From Methylophilus rhizosphaerae (GTDB taxonomy: Bacteria > Bacteroidota > Bacteroidia > Chitinophagales > Chitinophagaceae), in assembly GCA_943370285.1 (NCBI GenBank), contig CALRQJ020000001.1, positions 98,276 through 162,275 on the forward strand: a stretch of 64,000 nucleotides of DNA, read 5' to 3'. Of the stretch, positions 47,895 to 58,643 are shown one piece after another (position 1 is the first letter of the stretch; every line of letters starts with the position of its first letter). The notes below the pieces were generated by a model. It was not told the origin of the DNA. It saw only the letters and a program-made list of their open reading frames with translations, and did no database searches. A program made the translations under genes and the position numbers.

Positions 47895-49235
47895 CTACTT
47901 TACACCGGATAATTGGTCAGCCAATTGCTCAAGCGATTTTCCTTTTGTTTCCGGCATTTTAAAAATTACCCAAAGCAACTGTCCTACCATCATCAAACAA
48001 AAGAAAATAAATACCGGGGCTGCACCAACAGATTTGAATAAAAACGGGATGAATGATGGAATTAAGGCTGCCAATATCCAATGCACTGATGATCCAAAAG
48101 ATTGTCCAGCAGCCCTCAATTTATTGGGAAATATTTCAGAGATAAATACCCAAATAACGGCACCTTGTCCAATGGCATGCGAAGCAATGAAAAGGAAAAA
48201 GAACAAGGGTACCAGCATTCCTTTCCATTCCATCAAAAAAGCAACAGATACAAGACCCAATGATACAATATATCCTAAAGATCCTATAAAAAGTAAAGGT
48301 TTTCTACCATATTTATCAATGAGTGATATACCCACAACAGTAAAAATCAGGTTAATGAGTCCAATGCCTATGCTACTAAAAAAAGAAGCTGATTTTTCAA
48401 GGCCTGCCATTTCAAATATCCTTGGAGCGTAATATAAAAAAGCATTGATGCCCGATAATTGATTAAAAAAAGCGATAAAGAAGGCAAGCATTAAAGGGGT
48501 CCGATACTTTTTCATAAATATATTCTCCACCGTCTTTTCCTTTAGCTTGTCCCTTTCGATTTCTGCAATTTCCATGTCAATATCAATGGTAGGATCTATT
48601 TGTTTTAAAATACCTATGGCAGCTTCCTTATTATTTTTATACTCCAGTAACCAACGGGGGCTTTCAGGAATACCAAATACTAACAAAGTATAAATGCATG
48701 CTGGTATCATTTGTACACCCAGCATCCATCGCCAGGCACTTTCACCCATATCACGTAGAAAATAATTGGAAAGAAACGCCACCAAAATACCAAATACAAT
48801 ATTAAATTGATACATGGCTACCAATTTCCCACGGTTTTTTGCAGGTGCAATTTCCGAAACATAGGCAGGTGCAGCAATAGTGGAAACGCCAATACCAAGA
48901 CCTCCTAAAAACCTGAAGAAGGCAAAAGCAATAGGCCCTGTAGCAAATGCAGTTCCTGCTGCGGAAAGGAAAAAAAGAATGCCAATACCGATGAGTGTTT
49001 TCTTCCTACCATATTTGTTGGTTGGGAATGCACCAAAAATAGCCCCAATCAAAGTTCCCCACAGTGCAGTGGACATTACCACTGCACCATGAAATAAATC
49101 GGACGAATTCCATAGCTGCTGTAGTTGTTTATCTGCACCGGAAATTACAACCGTATCAAAACCAAATAAAAATCCGGCTAATGCTACCACCACCGACCAA
49201 TAGAATATTTTATAGTTTTTCATTATATAATTCAA
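47895..49235 (-). CDS. MFS sugar porter (xylose/galactose:H+ symporter type)
   Basis: Sugar-porter signatures GRKKTL, PESPRWL and PETKGKSLE. Confidence 0.85.
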   Translation of the reverse strand: MNYIMKNYKIFYWSVVVALAGFLFGFDTVVISGADKQLQQLWNSSDLFHGAVVMSTALWGTLIGAIFGAFPTNKYGRKKTLIGIGILFFLSAAGTAFATGPIAFAFFRFLGGLGIGVSTIAAPAYVSEIAPAKNRGKLVAMYQFNIVFGILVAFLSNYFLRDMGESAWRWMLGVQMIPACIYTLLVFGIPESPRWLLEYKNNKEAAIGILKQIDPTIDIDMEIAEIERDKLKEKTVENIFMKKYRTPLMLAFFIAFFNQLSGINAFLYYAPRIFEMAGLEKSASFFSSIGIGLINLIFTVVGISLIDKYGRKPLLFIGSLGYIVSLGLVSVAFLMEWKGMLVPLFFFLFIASHAIGQGAVIWVFISEIFPNKLRAAGQSFGSSVHWILAALIPSFIPFLFKSVGAAPVFIFFCLMMVGQLLWVIFKMPETKGKSLEQLADQLSGVK

Positions 49236-49416
49236 TTTGGTAAATATTTCTGCTATTTTGTAATTGATTCTTAAATATCAAAATCAAGATTTCGATTATA
49301 CACTTTTATATTTCGGAACAACATTTTACTTCTAACCATGCAGCGTATCGATCTACATCCGAAATTATAGACAGCTCCAATGACCCAATTTCTAAATGTG
49401 TACCCATTTTCCAGCT

Positions 49417-50460
49417 CTATTTTTTACTTCTCAAACTCTCCAAAACTGCGTAATAAGCTGCTTTACGCTCATAGTCATCATCAAAAAGCAAAGGCCATTC
49501 TATCATTTTATAAGTGGGTCTTAGCCAGGTATCCTTATCACCAACATTCCAAAAAGTAATCCCATATTTTTGAGCATCAGGTACTTCCTTTTGGTAGGCA
49601 TTAAATACAAAAACGAATTTGTCCTGTTGTACTCTCTTGAGTGAATCACTATACACATTTTTCCTGTTTTCCCCTACATTCACCATCATATCAAATTCAG
49701 AAATATGAATCTTTAAACCTGTTTTACTTAACTCCCGCAACACCCTTGCGATGGTATCATTTGAGTTAAATATTTTCAAATGAAACTGAACCCCTAACCC
49801 ATCAATAGGAATTTTACGTTTTTTGAAATCCATGGCAATCCGGATGATACCCTGTAATTTTTTTTCCGACCACTCCATTCCATATTCATTATAAATAAGC
49901 AAAGCATCCGGGTCAGCTTCATGCGCCCACTGGAAACACTTTGCCAAATAATCGTCGCCCATTTTCTCTTGTAAAATACAGGTACGTACTGAATCGCTTT
50001 CATGCGCTAAATATTCATTTACCACATCCCATGAAGCAATTTTTCCTTTGTAGTGCGCCACTACTGTTTGAATATGAAGCTTCACTTGTTTTTCAAATTC
50101 TATATTTGTTCCTTTGAACTGCTTCAACCAATCCGGCATTCCAGAAAACCACACCAATGTATGACCATGTACCCGCATATTATTTCGTTTTGCAAAAGCC
50201 ACGATAGAATCGCCCATAGTAAAATCATATCGGTTTTCTTCAGGATGAATCCGATACATTTTCATATCATTTTCAGCAGTAATACTGTTAAACTCGGCTG
50301 CCACAAGATTGCGATAAACAGCATTGTTTAATAATAATTTACCATCTACCGAAGCTCCAAGCGGATAGGATATAATATTTTTAATATACTCCTTTTGAGC
50401 ATTAGCGGGTGTTACAAAAAGAAGCAATATTAAAATCTGCAAGCCAAAAACTATTTTCAT
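49417..50460 (-). CDS. Glycoside hydrolase family 10 (endo-1,4-beta-xylanase)
   Basis: Signal peptide. WDVVNE (acid/base) and IHISEFDM (nucleophile) contexts. Confidence 0.8.
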   Translation of the reverse strand: MKIVFGLQILILLLFVTPANAQKEYIKNIISYPLGASVDGKLLLNNAVYRNLVAAEFNSITAENDMKMYRIHPEENRYDFTMGDSIVAFAKRNNMRVHGHTLVWFSGMPDWLKQFKGTNIEFEKQVKLHIQTVVAHYKGKIASWDVVNEYLAHESDSVRTCILQEKMGDDYLAKCFQWAHEADPDALLIYNEYGMEWSEKKLQGIIRIAMDFKKRKIPIDGLGVQFHLKIFNSNDTIARVLRELSKTGLKIHISEFDMMVNVGENRKNVYSDSLKRVQQDKFVFVFNAYQKEVPDAQKYGITFWNVGDKDTWLRPTYKMIEWPLLFDDDYERKAAYYAVLESLRSKK

Positions 50461-50490
50461 TTCAGGATTTTTTTAAATCGATTTTTTCAA

Positions 50491-51783
50491 TTACTCTTTC
50501 AACTTTTCTATCAGCCAATTATTGAATTGTATTTTTTGTTCAGGATAAATCCAATGCCCTGTTTCCAAATAAACCGCAGTTGATTTTGAGGCACTAATAC
50601 TATTATATGCTGCATACATTGAAGTGGGCGGACAGGTTTCATCATTAAACCCCCATGTATAATAACCTTCTGTTTTTAAGGTTTTGGCAAAGTTGACAAC
50701 ATCGTAATAAGACAAAGTATTGATAACTTCCTTATTGTTATAAAGGGGCAAGTTATTGTTGTCAAAAAAATGCGGCCACCCGCCTGCACGTTTACTGAAG
50801 TAACCAGTTAAATCGCATAAGGCAGGATGTATGGCTGCCAGATATTTAACCCGGGTGTCTAATGACGCTGTGACAATACTTAATGCTCCTCCCTGACTAT
50901 TCCCACTTACAGCAAGATGCTCACCATCAAATTCCGGAAGGCTGAGAATAAAATCATTAGCTCTGACACATCCCATATATACCCGCTTATAATAAAACTT
51001 ATCTCTGCTAGCTGCATTAAAGAAAAAATATCCTTTCAAGGCCCCGGCATTTAAATCATTATAAACTGAAGGATCCAGATTCACCGGAATACCATGAATA
51101 CCAATAGTAAAAACAATGATGCCTTTGTCAGCCATTTCTAGATCAGGGTTATAGGGTCTAATGCCTGCACCAGGAACCTGCAAAATGGCCGGGTACTTAC
51201 CCGGCTTTTTAGGCACACACAAAATGCCATATAATCTTGATGCACCATAGCTTTGTAAGTTTACCTGATACACATTGGTTAGCGAAGAGCTTTTATCCGG
51301 TAATAAAGTCAATTTGGTATCCAAAGGAATATTCGAAAGCTCTTCTTTTGCCTTTTGCCAGAAAGCGTCAAAGTCTGCAGGCTTTGTAACCGTAGGTTGT
51401 ATCTTCTCAATATCATATCCTATGGTCACCAGATTTCTATACTGCTTATTTTGCCAGGTAGTGGTTACCACACAGCGAAGAAAACCTGGTTCTTTCATTG
51501 TATAATTACCAGTCGTAAAACTTCCTTCAGACATTTGCAATGAGTCAATAACAAAAGGTTTCATTCTTTCGGGTCCAATCTGGTAAACAACCTTTACGTT
51601 TTTAACAGCTATACCATTTCTTAATACTGAAATTTTGAAATTTGAATTATCGCCAATTTTACATTCCCATTTTTCATGATTGGGGGTAATCATTACTTTA
51701 ATAAGCTGTTCTGTTGGTTGTGCCCATCCAATAGAAACAACCGAAAGAAATAGTATCAGCAGCAGACAATTAATCTTCTTCAT
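50491..51783 (-). CDS. Acetyl xylan esterase-like (AXE1/CE7-type) alpha/beta hydrolase
   Basis: Signal peptide, an N-terminal Ig-like region and the nucleophile elbow GNSQGG. Confidence 0.7.
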   Translation of the reverse strand: MKKINCLLLILFLSVVSIGWAQPTEQLIKVMITPNHEKWECKIGDNSNFKISVLRNGIAVKNVKVVYQIGPERMKPFVIDSLQMSEGSFTTGNYTMKEPGFLRCVVTTTWQNKQYRNLVTIGYDIEKIQPTVTKPADFDAFWQKAKEELSNIPLDTKLTLLPDKSSSLTNVYQVNLQSYGASRLYGILCVPKKPGKYPAILQVPGAGIRPYNPDLEMADKGIIVFTIGIHGIPVNLDPSVYNDLNAGALKGYFFFNAASRDKFYYKRVYMGCVRANDFILSLPEFDGEHLAVSGNSQGGALSIVTASLDTRVKYLAAIHPALCDLTGYFSKRAGGWPHFFDNNNLPLYNNKEVINTLSYYDVVNFAKTLKTEGYYTWGFNDETCPPTSMYAAYNSISASKSTAVYLETGHWIYPEQKIQFNNWLIEKLKE

Positions 51784-51787
51784 TTTT

Positions 51788-54658
51788 TCAATTTAATATG
51801 TGAAATTTTGGTGCACTGTTATATCCTTCCGTTCTGATTTTAACCCCCTTTTCATTTCCAGTATAGTTTACCTCAATTGCCCTTTTCTCCATTGGCATTA
51901 GCGTGAAATACCCATCACTGAAATAAGCTGGTAGCAGAATATTATTATTTGTATCTGAGAGGTTTAATTTTATGCCTACTACCGGTGAAGTTGACTTGTT
52001 TTCTACCTCTATCAACCACTTGCCATTCATTGATTTGCTTTTCGTAATATTTAATGAAACATCCGGCAGCTTATTGAAAGCCAGGAAATTACCTGTTTCC
52101 TTATTTGATTTCCAATATTCATTCGCCGACAATACTTTTCCATCTGAAGTTTTTAATTGAATTTTTATCAGGTAAACTTCAGGCAAATTAATTTCAGAAA
52201 AATCCGGTGTAAATATTTCAGTCTTACTATTTTGAAGAACGTCTGTTTTTTTAGTAGTGGTGAAAAGTATTTTTCCATAAATATCGATAACTGAAAAAGT
52301 AAGATTGACTGATTTGTAATTTTGCAGGGTTGTATTCACTGCAATCACTTTATTATCATGCAAATTCATTTGTACATGCACCGGCTCGCAGGCTTTCATG
52401 GTACCAAAATAGGAACCATGCGTTTCAAAATCCCATGAGTAAGTTTGCCAGATCATGCTGGGCCATGCAGGATGTGTCATCCATAGTAAAACACCACTAG
52501 CTCTATCCCACATTTTACTGTTCCATGCTTCAAACATGGCACGATGACTTTCATAATTGACCAATTGTACTTTTCTCGAAAATGCTTCAATCCCTTGTGG
52601 CTTTCCATATAAACTATCTACTGCCCGCAGGTACCCTTCGAGGTTTTGATTGTTTGAATGCAGGTCGTGGTAGTGCCATACATCATTAATAGGCCATTGA
52701 TCTTCGGGTTTAATAAACTTCTTTAATGTAGTGGCAACAGGAACTGAGAAAGTGCCTATTTCTGTACTAAATCCTTCTGCATATTTAGTGAAATAAAGGG
52801 CAGGGTCTTGAATATAGTGCCAGTCTCCGCTTTGACGCAGATTGATTTCCCGGGAGTTGCCATTATAATGCCGTGTACCATCTTCCTCCATCAATTGCCT
52901 GTACAACTCATCTTCAATACCAACCGGAGCATACCCTTCATTGCGGGGGCACCAAATGGCAATTGAAGGATGGTTGCGAAAACGACGGATTGTTTCCAAA
53001 CTATTCACCAAAAATAATTGCTGATCCAATGGGTTAAGATTATACCCTTCAGTAGAAATCCAGAAATCATTCCAAACTAACATTCCGTATTCATCAGCCA
53101 ATTCAAAAAAAGCTTCCTCAGTACATTCGCCTGTCCAGTTTCGAATCATATTGTAGTTAGCTTCTTTGTGCAATCGAAAGGATGGTTCCAATTGCTCTTT
53201 GGATACTTTTTTCATGGCATCGTCCATACCCCAATTTCCACCTCTGCAAAAAACAGATTGTCCATTTACTTTTATAACCAGGAAAGGATTATTGCTTTGT
53301 GATATTGTCTGAAAAATACTGGTATCAACCCCTTGTCTTAATGATGGAATGAATATTTTATTCTCAAAATCTCTACGCTTTACGTTATCGAATATGGGCT
53401 TTTTTTCTTTTATATCAGTTGGACTATAGGCAACCCGCCAACCTTGTTTTTGAGGTGCGTCAATCATCATTTCATAGGAAAATTCACGAATACCAAAACG
53501 AACCTGTTGTTCATCAGAAATGCGATTATTGTTATCAGTAACCGTCAATGCCAGTTGATACATTGAAGGATTACCATAACCATTGGGCCACCAAAGTTTT
53601 GGTTGAACCAATCGCAATGAAGGGTGGGTTGCAGGGGAGAATATAACTTGTTGGTTTTCGCCTGCTGCTAACTTAACCAGCTTTTCCACATTAATGTTAC
53701 CTATGGCTCCTTTTACTAATATGGACTGTTCCAGATTGCTATTATTTTTTACTCCTACTTTAATAGTAATTTCAGCTGATGAGGTGTCTGGCAAAGGAAG
53801 ATCAGTAATTACTTGAGGATTGGATAAAGTAACTGCTTTTGTATAATGAAGTTGCACATCCTGCCATATACCAATATTTCTATCACGGATGCCAGGAACC
53901 CAATCCCAACCCTCTGAAGAAATAAAGGTAGGTCCATCCAATGCAAGTTGTCCGCCATTGGGGCCCATGCCTGCTAATTTTGATTGCTCATGCGGAATGC
54001 CAGGATTGGGCGGAGGATAAATGTGCACTGCAAGTATATTCTTTTTATCTTTCTGAATAATTCCTGTTACATTAAAATTACCGCTAACAAATGCCCCCTT
54101 CATGGAACCAATAAGTTTTCCATTCAACCATATATCTGCTTTGTAATTAATGCCATTTAATTGTAACCAGGCTATTTTATTTACATCTTCTGAAGGAGCA
54201 GAAAAAGAAATTCTATACCACCAATCCTTTCTGCACAAGTCTTCAGGAATAGCCATATTATTCAATCCTATGTAAGGATCAGGATAAACACCTTGCTGAA
54301 CTAGAGTAGTCAATACCGTTCCAGGAACCACCGCATTGTACCACTTATTGCTGTTATAATTTGCAGAAAATATTGATTGTTCATTTGCGGTAACTGTATT
54401 ACCATCTGCCAATTCCCAACCATTGTTTAATTGGTAATTTCCCTGATCATTTTTAATCAATTTGGATATGGCAGGCAGTTTACCTTTTTTTGCAGGAACA
54501 TCTAGTTTTGAAATTCCTACAGGCAAACTGGCATCAGGCTGTGGCCTTGTAAGGCCAAAATTTGTTTTGCCCTGACCATATACGAATGGTGATATATATA
54601 TCATCAAAAACCATGTAATGATGCATACTATTTTGACTACTGATTTAGATATTGACAT
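51788..54658 (-). CDS. Glycoside hydrolase family 2 protein (beta-mannosidase / exo-glucosaminidase-like architecture)
   Basis: 956 aa with a GH2 sugar-binding, Ig-like and TIM-barrel layout. IAIWCPRNEG acid/base context. Confidence 0.7.
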   Translation of the reverse strand: MSISKSVVKIVCIITWFLMIYISPFVYGQGKTNFGLTRPQPDASLPVGISKLDVPAKKGKLPAISKLIKNDQGNYQLNNGWELADGNTVTANEQSIFSANYNSNKWYNAVVPGTVLTTLVQQGVYPDPYIGLNNMAIPEDLCRKDWWYRISFSAPSEDVNKIAWLQLNGINYKADIWLNGKLIGSMKGAFVSGNFNVTGIIQKDKKNILAVHIYPPPNPGIPHEQSKLAGMGPNGGQLALDGPTFISSEGWDWVPGIRDRNIGIWQDVQLHYTKAVTLSNPQVITDLPLPDTSSAEITIKVGVKNNSNLEQSILVKGAIGNINVEKLVKLAAGENQQVIFSPATHPSLRLVQPKLWWPNGYGNPSMYQLALTVTDNNNRISDEQQVRFGIREFSYEMMIDAPQKQGWRVAYSPTDIKEKKPIFDNVKRRDFENKIFIPSLRQGVDTSIFQTISQSNNPFLVIKVNGQSVFCRGGNWGMDDAMKKVSKEQLEPSFRLHKEANYNMIRNWTGECTEEAFFELADEYGMLVWNDFWISTEGYNLNPLDQQLFLVNSLETIRRFRNHPSIAIWCPRNEGYAPVGIEDELYRQLMEEDGTRHYNGNSREINLRQSGDWHYIQDPALYFTKYAEGFSTEIGTFSVPVATTLKKFIKPEDQWPINDVWHYHDLHSNNQNLEGYLRAVDSLYGKPQGIEAFSRKVQLVNYESHRAMFEAWNSKMWDRASGVLLWMTHPAWPSMIWQTYSWDFETHGSYFGTMKACEPVHVQMNLHDNKVIAVNTTLQNYKSVNLTFSVIDIYGKILFTTTKKTDVLQNSKTEIFTPDFSEINLPEVYLIKIQLKTSDGKVLSANEYWKSNKETGNFLAFNKLPDVSLNITKSKSMNGKWLIEVENKSTSPVVGIKLNLSDTNNNILLPAYFSDGYFTLMPMEKRAIEVNYTGNEKGVKIRTEGYNSAPKFHILN

Positions 54659-54695
54659 AACGTGTATTTAAAATGCTTGTATAGAAATATTAATT

Positions 54696-56666
54696 TCATT
54701 GAATCACTTTTTCGTTAAAAGGAATCATAGGTAAACCTGATGAGTTATACAATGTTGCCATTGGATTGGATTGCCAGGCATATTGCACCCTAACCGGATG
54801 CAACACCTCTTTTGAACTTACTACAATGGTTTGTCCATCAATAACAGCATTGGCCCAGAACCACTTACCTGTACTATCTGAAACGGCGAAACCAGCAATC
54901 GGCGAATTCCCTTTATTTACAAGTCCATTCTCGGCATAAGTAAATGAAATGCTCACTTGATTACCTTTTATGATGGCTGATTTAAACAAGGGGCCAGAAC
55001 CAATAACATTTTGATGATATACTTGCTGTTGAGCTGCCAGATAAAGCCGGCGTCCAACCTCTTGCTTATTAGGCGGATGAATATTGAATTCATCCCCAAT
55101 ATCAATAGCACAAGCCATTGCAGTATTGTTTGATGAAAACAAGGTACTCCTTTGAGCATCCCTGAATTGTGCCCAGTCATCATTGGCAACTGGCATATCA
55201 GATCTCGACTTATAGCTAGCTAATTGAACATAGAGAAATGGTGTATAACCCTGCTTCCATCGAACCCGCCAATCATCAATCAACATGGGTTGCAGCTCAA
55301 CATATTGTTTTGCTTTTGAAGCATTATTCTCTCCCTGATACCAGAGAAATCCTTTTATGCCATATGGAATCAACGGATGAATCATTCCATTGAAATTTAC
55401 GGTAGCTTTATTATAATAATCTTGCCAACCTGCCACTGCAGGCTCAATCGTGTTGCTGTGTTTCCAATCGCCATCCAATGCAAGTTGTTTTCCATCTGCA
55501 GATTGTAAATAACAATTGGTATTGCGATCGCCAATATCAGCAGTACCCCAATTTACATACATGCGAATTGCCAGAATATTCTTTCCTGCAATCAACAACC
55601 CTTTTGGAATAACAACCGTTTTATTCTTCAACTTTGAAACACCCTGAGCCAATTCTTTTCCATTGAGATACACATGATCATTTTGATCTTTGATTGGAAG
55701 GAATAACTCCTGTACATTTTTTATATCAGATTTAGTTAGCTCAAATGTTTTACGCATCCAAATGAGGCCCCAATAATTACCATATCCCATTTTAGCAGAA
55801 GACAAAGGGAACTGCGTTTTTGCCCATCCCGTATCATTGAAAGTCAATTGTGGTACACCTAATTTCAGACCATTAAAAGAGGTTTTTGCAACAACGTCCC
55901 TATCCGCTTCGGCTTTCAATGATTTTCTTACATATTCATTCCAATGTGCCGAATCTTCGTCCCTTTTATTTAAAACTGCAGTAAAATCAGGATGGGTTAT
56001 TAACCGGTCTTTACTCATCCAGGTTTCAATACCAGTAGCTCCCCTTGCCGCAACAATAATTCCTACTGGAATATGTTGATCAATATGCAAGGACCTTGCA
56101 AAGAAATAAGCAACTGCAGAAAATAATGGAGCATTTTGAGCATTACAGACCTTCCACTCTTTTTGAATTATATCATCAACAGGAATGATAGAGGTGACAT
56201 TATCAACTACACGGAAACGTATATCTGGATAGTTAGCATTTTTTATTTCTTCTTCTTTGTTAGTTATCTCCGAACCCATCCGCCATTCCATATTCGATTG
56301 GCCGGAAGCGACCCATACCTCACCTAACATTATATTATTATAGTTAATAGTTTCCTTGCCAGAAGAAATGTTCAACTGATACACTTTACCATCTGCCTGC
56401 AGGGCAGGCAAATAACCCATCCATTTTCCTTGCTCATCACTCTTTACCATTATTTGATTACCACCAAGCGATATAGTTACTATGGAAGATGATTTTGCCA
56501 GGCCCCAAACTGGAATAGAAATACCTTGTTGCAAAATGGCATTGTCGCCGAAAATCCCTGCCGCTTTAAGTTGCCCATTTACTTTGGCAATAGAAAAAAT
56601 ACACAGAACAATAATGCTGCAAAACAATTTGCAAATCCAATCATATCCGGTTTTCGATGACATCAT
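54696..56666 (-). CDS. SASA-family carbohydrate O-acetylesterase ('sialate O-acetylesterase')
   Basis: GEVWVASGQSNMEW motif of the SGNH-like SASA family. 656 aa. Confidence 0.75.
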   Translation of the reverse strand: MMSSKTGYDWICKLFCSIIVLCIFSIAKVNGQLKAAGIFGDNAILQQGISIPVWGLAKSSSIVTISLGGNQIMVKSDEQGKWMGYLPALQADGKVYQLNISSGKETINYNNIMLGEVWVASGQSNMEWRMGSEITNKEEEIKNANYPDIRFRVVDNVTSIIPVDDIIQKEWKVCNAQNAPLFSAVAYFFARSLHIDQHIPVGIIVAARGATGIETWMSKDRLITHPDFTAVLNKRDEDSAHWNEYVRKSLKAEADRDVVAKTSFNGLKLGVPQLTFNDTGWAKTQFPLSSAKMGYGNYWGLIWMRKTFELTKSDIKNVQELFLPIKDQNDHVYLNGKELAQGVSKLKNKTVVIPKGLLIAGKNILAIRMYVNWGTADIGDRNTNCYLQSADGKQLALDGDWKHSNTIEPAVAGWQDYYNKATVNFNGMIHPLIPYGIKGFLWYQGENNASKAKQYVELQPMLIDDWRVRWKQGYTPFLYVQLASYKSRSDMPVANDDWAQFRDAQRSTLFSSNNTAMACAIDIGDEFNIHPPNKQEVGRRLYLAAQQQVYHQNVIGSGPLFKSAIIKGNQVSISFTYAENGLVNKGNSPIAGFAVSDSTGKWFWANAVIDGQTIVVSSKEVLHPVRVQYAWQSNPMATLYNSSGLPMIPFNEKVIQ

Positions 56667-56683
56667 ATTGCTTTAGCGCTTGT

Positions 56684-58639
56684 TTATTGATGAGTTTTAT
56701 TATTAGTCAACTTCTTCAAGGGTTCAAATACTACTTGTATTTTTTCTGAATGGATTTTTTCCATTTTAATAGCCAGTTTTTTGAATCCAACGTTATCTGA
56801 ATTTTTTGTCAATGGAAATAATTGACCAGGCAGGTAAGCAGCATCTAATACCTGGAACACTGCATTGGCAGGACTTTTAATTGTAGCTATCATTTCTTTA
56901 TTATTTATTTGTAACAAAGCAGATTTGCCACCAGCACGAATGCTAATAGCTGCTTTTGTATGCATGCTCCACCAAACAGTGGCTGTTGCATTTGCAACAA
57001 AATCATCCTGCACAGTAATAACCGATGTGGATTTATTTAATTGAATTTTACGGGAGTAAGTTTTTACATCACGGGAATAACAGTTGGTAAGATTTAGTGT
57101 ATATGAACTTTCATTTACACCAATCTGCTGACTTAATAAAGTGGCTGCACCCATTTCATTTTGATCAGGACTGGCAGATGGATTAAACACCAGGCAATTT
57201 TTTCCTTCGGCTCTTAATCTGTAGAAATGCCATCGGCCTGCAACCGCTTGTATGGAATCTACCCCTTTATATGTAGGCAATGTGGTTTTAGAGAAATAAC
57301 CCGGATATGTATAATCATCGCGGCCAAGGTTGCCATAAGCCCAAACTTCCCCTAATGCCTGTATATCAAAACTGCCCGCATCTAAATGCCCGTGGTTAGC
57401 AAAATTACTCCCCCCATGCATTGATACAAATGCAGCATTTTTATTCCATCCATCTCTTAACGACATTACTTCAATACCATGGATATAGTTTTCTAATGAA
57501 ATTGTTCTGGCAGTAGATTTTGCCTTAACCATATTGGGGTTGTAATACAACATATCCATCCAATTCATCGTATTGGTTTCTTTACATAGATCGTATTGCA
57601 TTTTTGCAAGGGCAGAATCGTTGTTGTTTTTGGCAAACCAAAAAAAAGAACGACTTCTTCCATTCTTCACGGGATCATCGCCAATACTTAAACTGCTAAC
57701 CGGACCAGAAACATAAGCAGGGAACCATCCTGTTTTTTTAAACCCTGGCATTTGATCTAATCCGAATGCAGAACCCAATACCCGTTGCATGCTTTCCATG
57801 GCAATGGTAGTGTACATCAGGCCATAGCCCCAATACATTAAGCCTTCTTCACTTTGTCCATCGGGCTCAAAAGATTGAATGTATTTTGGCAGGGCATTGA
57901 TGGCCAAAGCAATAATCTCACTCATTTCCTGAGGGTCATCTTCATACATTGCCAAAGCAGCCATAATGATCCCGCCGTTGCAGATGCCATTCCAATTGTG
58001 ATTGGCTGTTGACCACCATATTCTCTTTTGTAATTGTTCTTTCCCTGGTTTTAATACATGTTTCATTACAGCATCCTTCATCATTTTTTTTTCATCGACA
58101 CTCAGGAAGGTGTACAATGCATCATATGCCAATGCAAAATCAAAACCGCTAATTCCTGCATCTAAAAAATGGCGGTTAGCACCCCAATCAGGAAAAGAGC
58201 TCATCAATTCAAATTGATTTACTATTCTACGTGCATAAGAAGTATCGCCGGTGAGTTGATACATCATTACTAGTGGCGGTAATTGAACAGCAAACTTGTG
58301 AACAGAAGGCACCCTGAGTTTTGCATCATCAAGAAAGTATTTCAATAATGGTTGTTGTAGGGTTTCATTAGCCTCTTTCTTATTTTGCAAAAAACCAATT
58401 CTGATGAGTGTATCGCCCTGCTTATACAACCTATTTAATCTGGCAATATCGTTGGTAGAAAAAAATAATCTTGGATGAATGTTTTTTATTGTGGAAGCAT
58501 CTAATCGCTCCTTAATCATTGCTGCAGTAACAGGAGTAAAACCTAATTCATTCTTTTGGCATACTGATTCTTTTGATAGAAAAAGTATAGTTATAAAAAA
58601 GGCATACCTAACAATAATATTATTGATCATCATCTTCAT
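56684..58639 (-). CDS. Heparinase II/III-like polysaccharide lyase family protein
   Basis: An (alpha/alpha) toroid N-region plus the NHGHLDAGSFD motif of the Hepar_II_III domain. Confidence 0.75.
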   Translation of the reverse strand: MKMMINNIIVRYAFFITILFLSKESVCQKNELGFTPVTAAMIKERLDASTIKNIHPRLFFSTNDIARLNRLYKQGDTLIRIGFLQNKKEANETLQQPLLKYFLDDAKLRVPSVHKFAVQLPPLVMMYQLTGDTSYARRIVNQFELMSSFPDWGANRHFLDAGISGFDFALAYDALYTFLSVDEKKMMKDAVMKHVLKPGKEQLQKRIWWSTANHNWNGICNGGIIMAALAMYEDDPQEMSEIIALAINALPKYIQSFEPDGQSEEGLMYWGYGLMYTTIAMESMQRVLGSAFGLDQMPGFKKTGWFPAYVSGPVSSLSIGDDPVKNGRSRSFFWFAKNNNDSALAKMQYDLCKETNTMNWMDMLYYNPNMVKAKSTARTISLENYIHGIEVMSLRDGWNKNAAFVSMHGGSNFANHGHLDAGSFDIQALGEVWAYGNLGRDDYTYPGYFSKTTLPTYKGVDSIQAVAGRWHFYRLRAEGKNCLVFNPSASPDQNEMGAATLLSQQIGVNESSYTLNLTNCYSRDVKTYSRKIQLNKSTSVITVQDDFVANATATVWWSMHTKAAISIRAGGKSALLQINNKEMIATIKSPANAVFQVLDAAYLPGQLFPLTKNSDNVGFKKLAIKMEKIHSEKIQVVFEPLKKLTNNKTHQ

Positions 58640-58643
58640 TTTT

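Noticed and set aside
48034-48432. 132-aa plus-strand ORF inside the sugar-porter gene (similar shadows at 29003..29386, 37877..38260, 43827..44120 and 17517..17864)
   Set aside because: These are shadow ORFs opposite genes that carry clear family signatures.
49236-49416. 181-bp spacer between the sugar porter and GH10, with a 33-codon minus-strand ORF (MGTHLEIGSLELSIISDVDRYAAWLEVKCCSEI)
   Set aside because: It bears no resemblance to any family I know and is too short to call. It is probably an internal promoter or spacer region.
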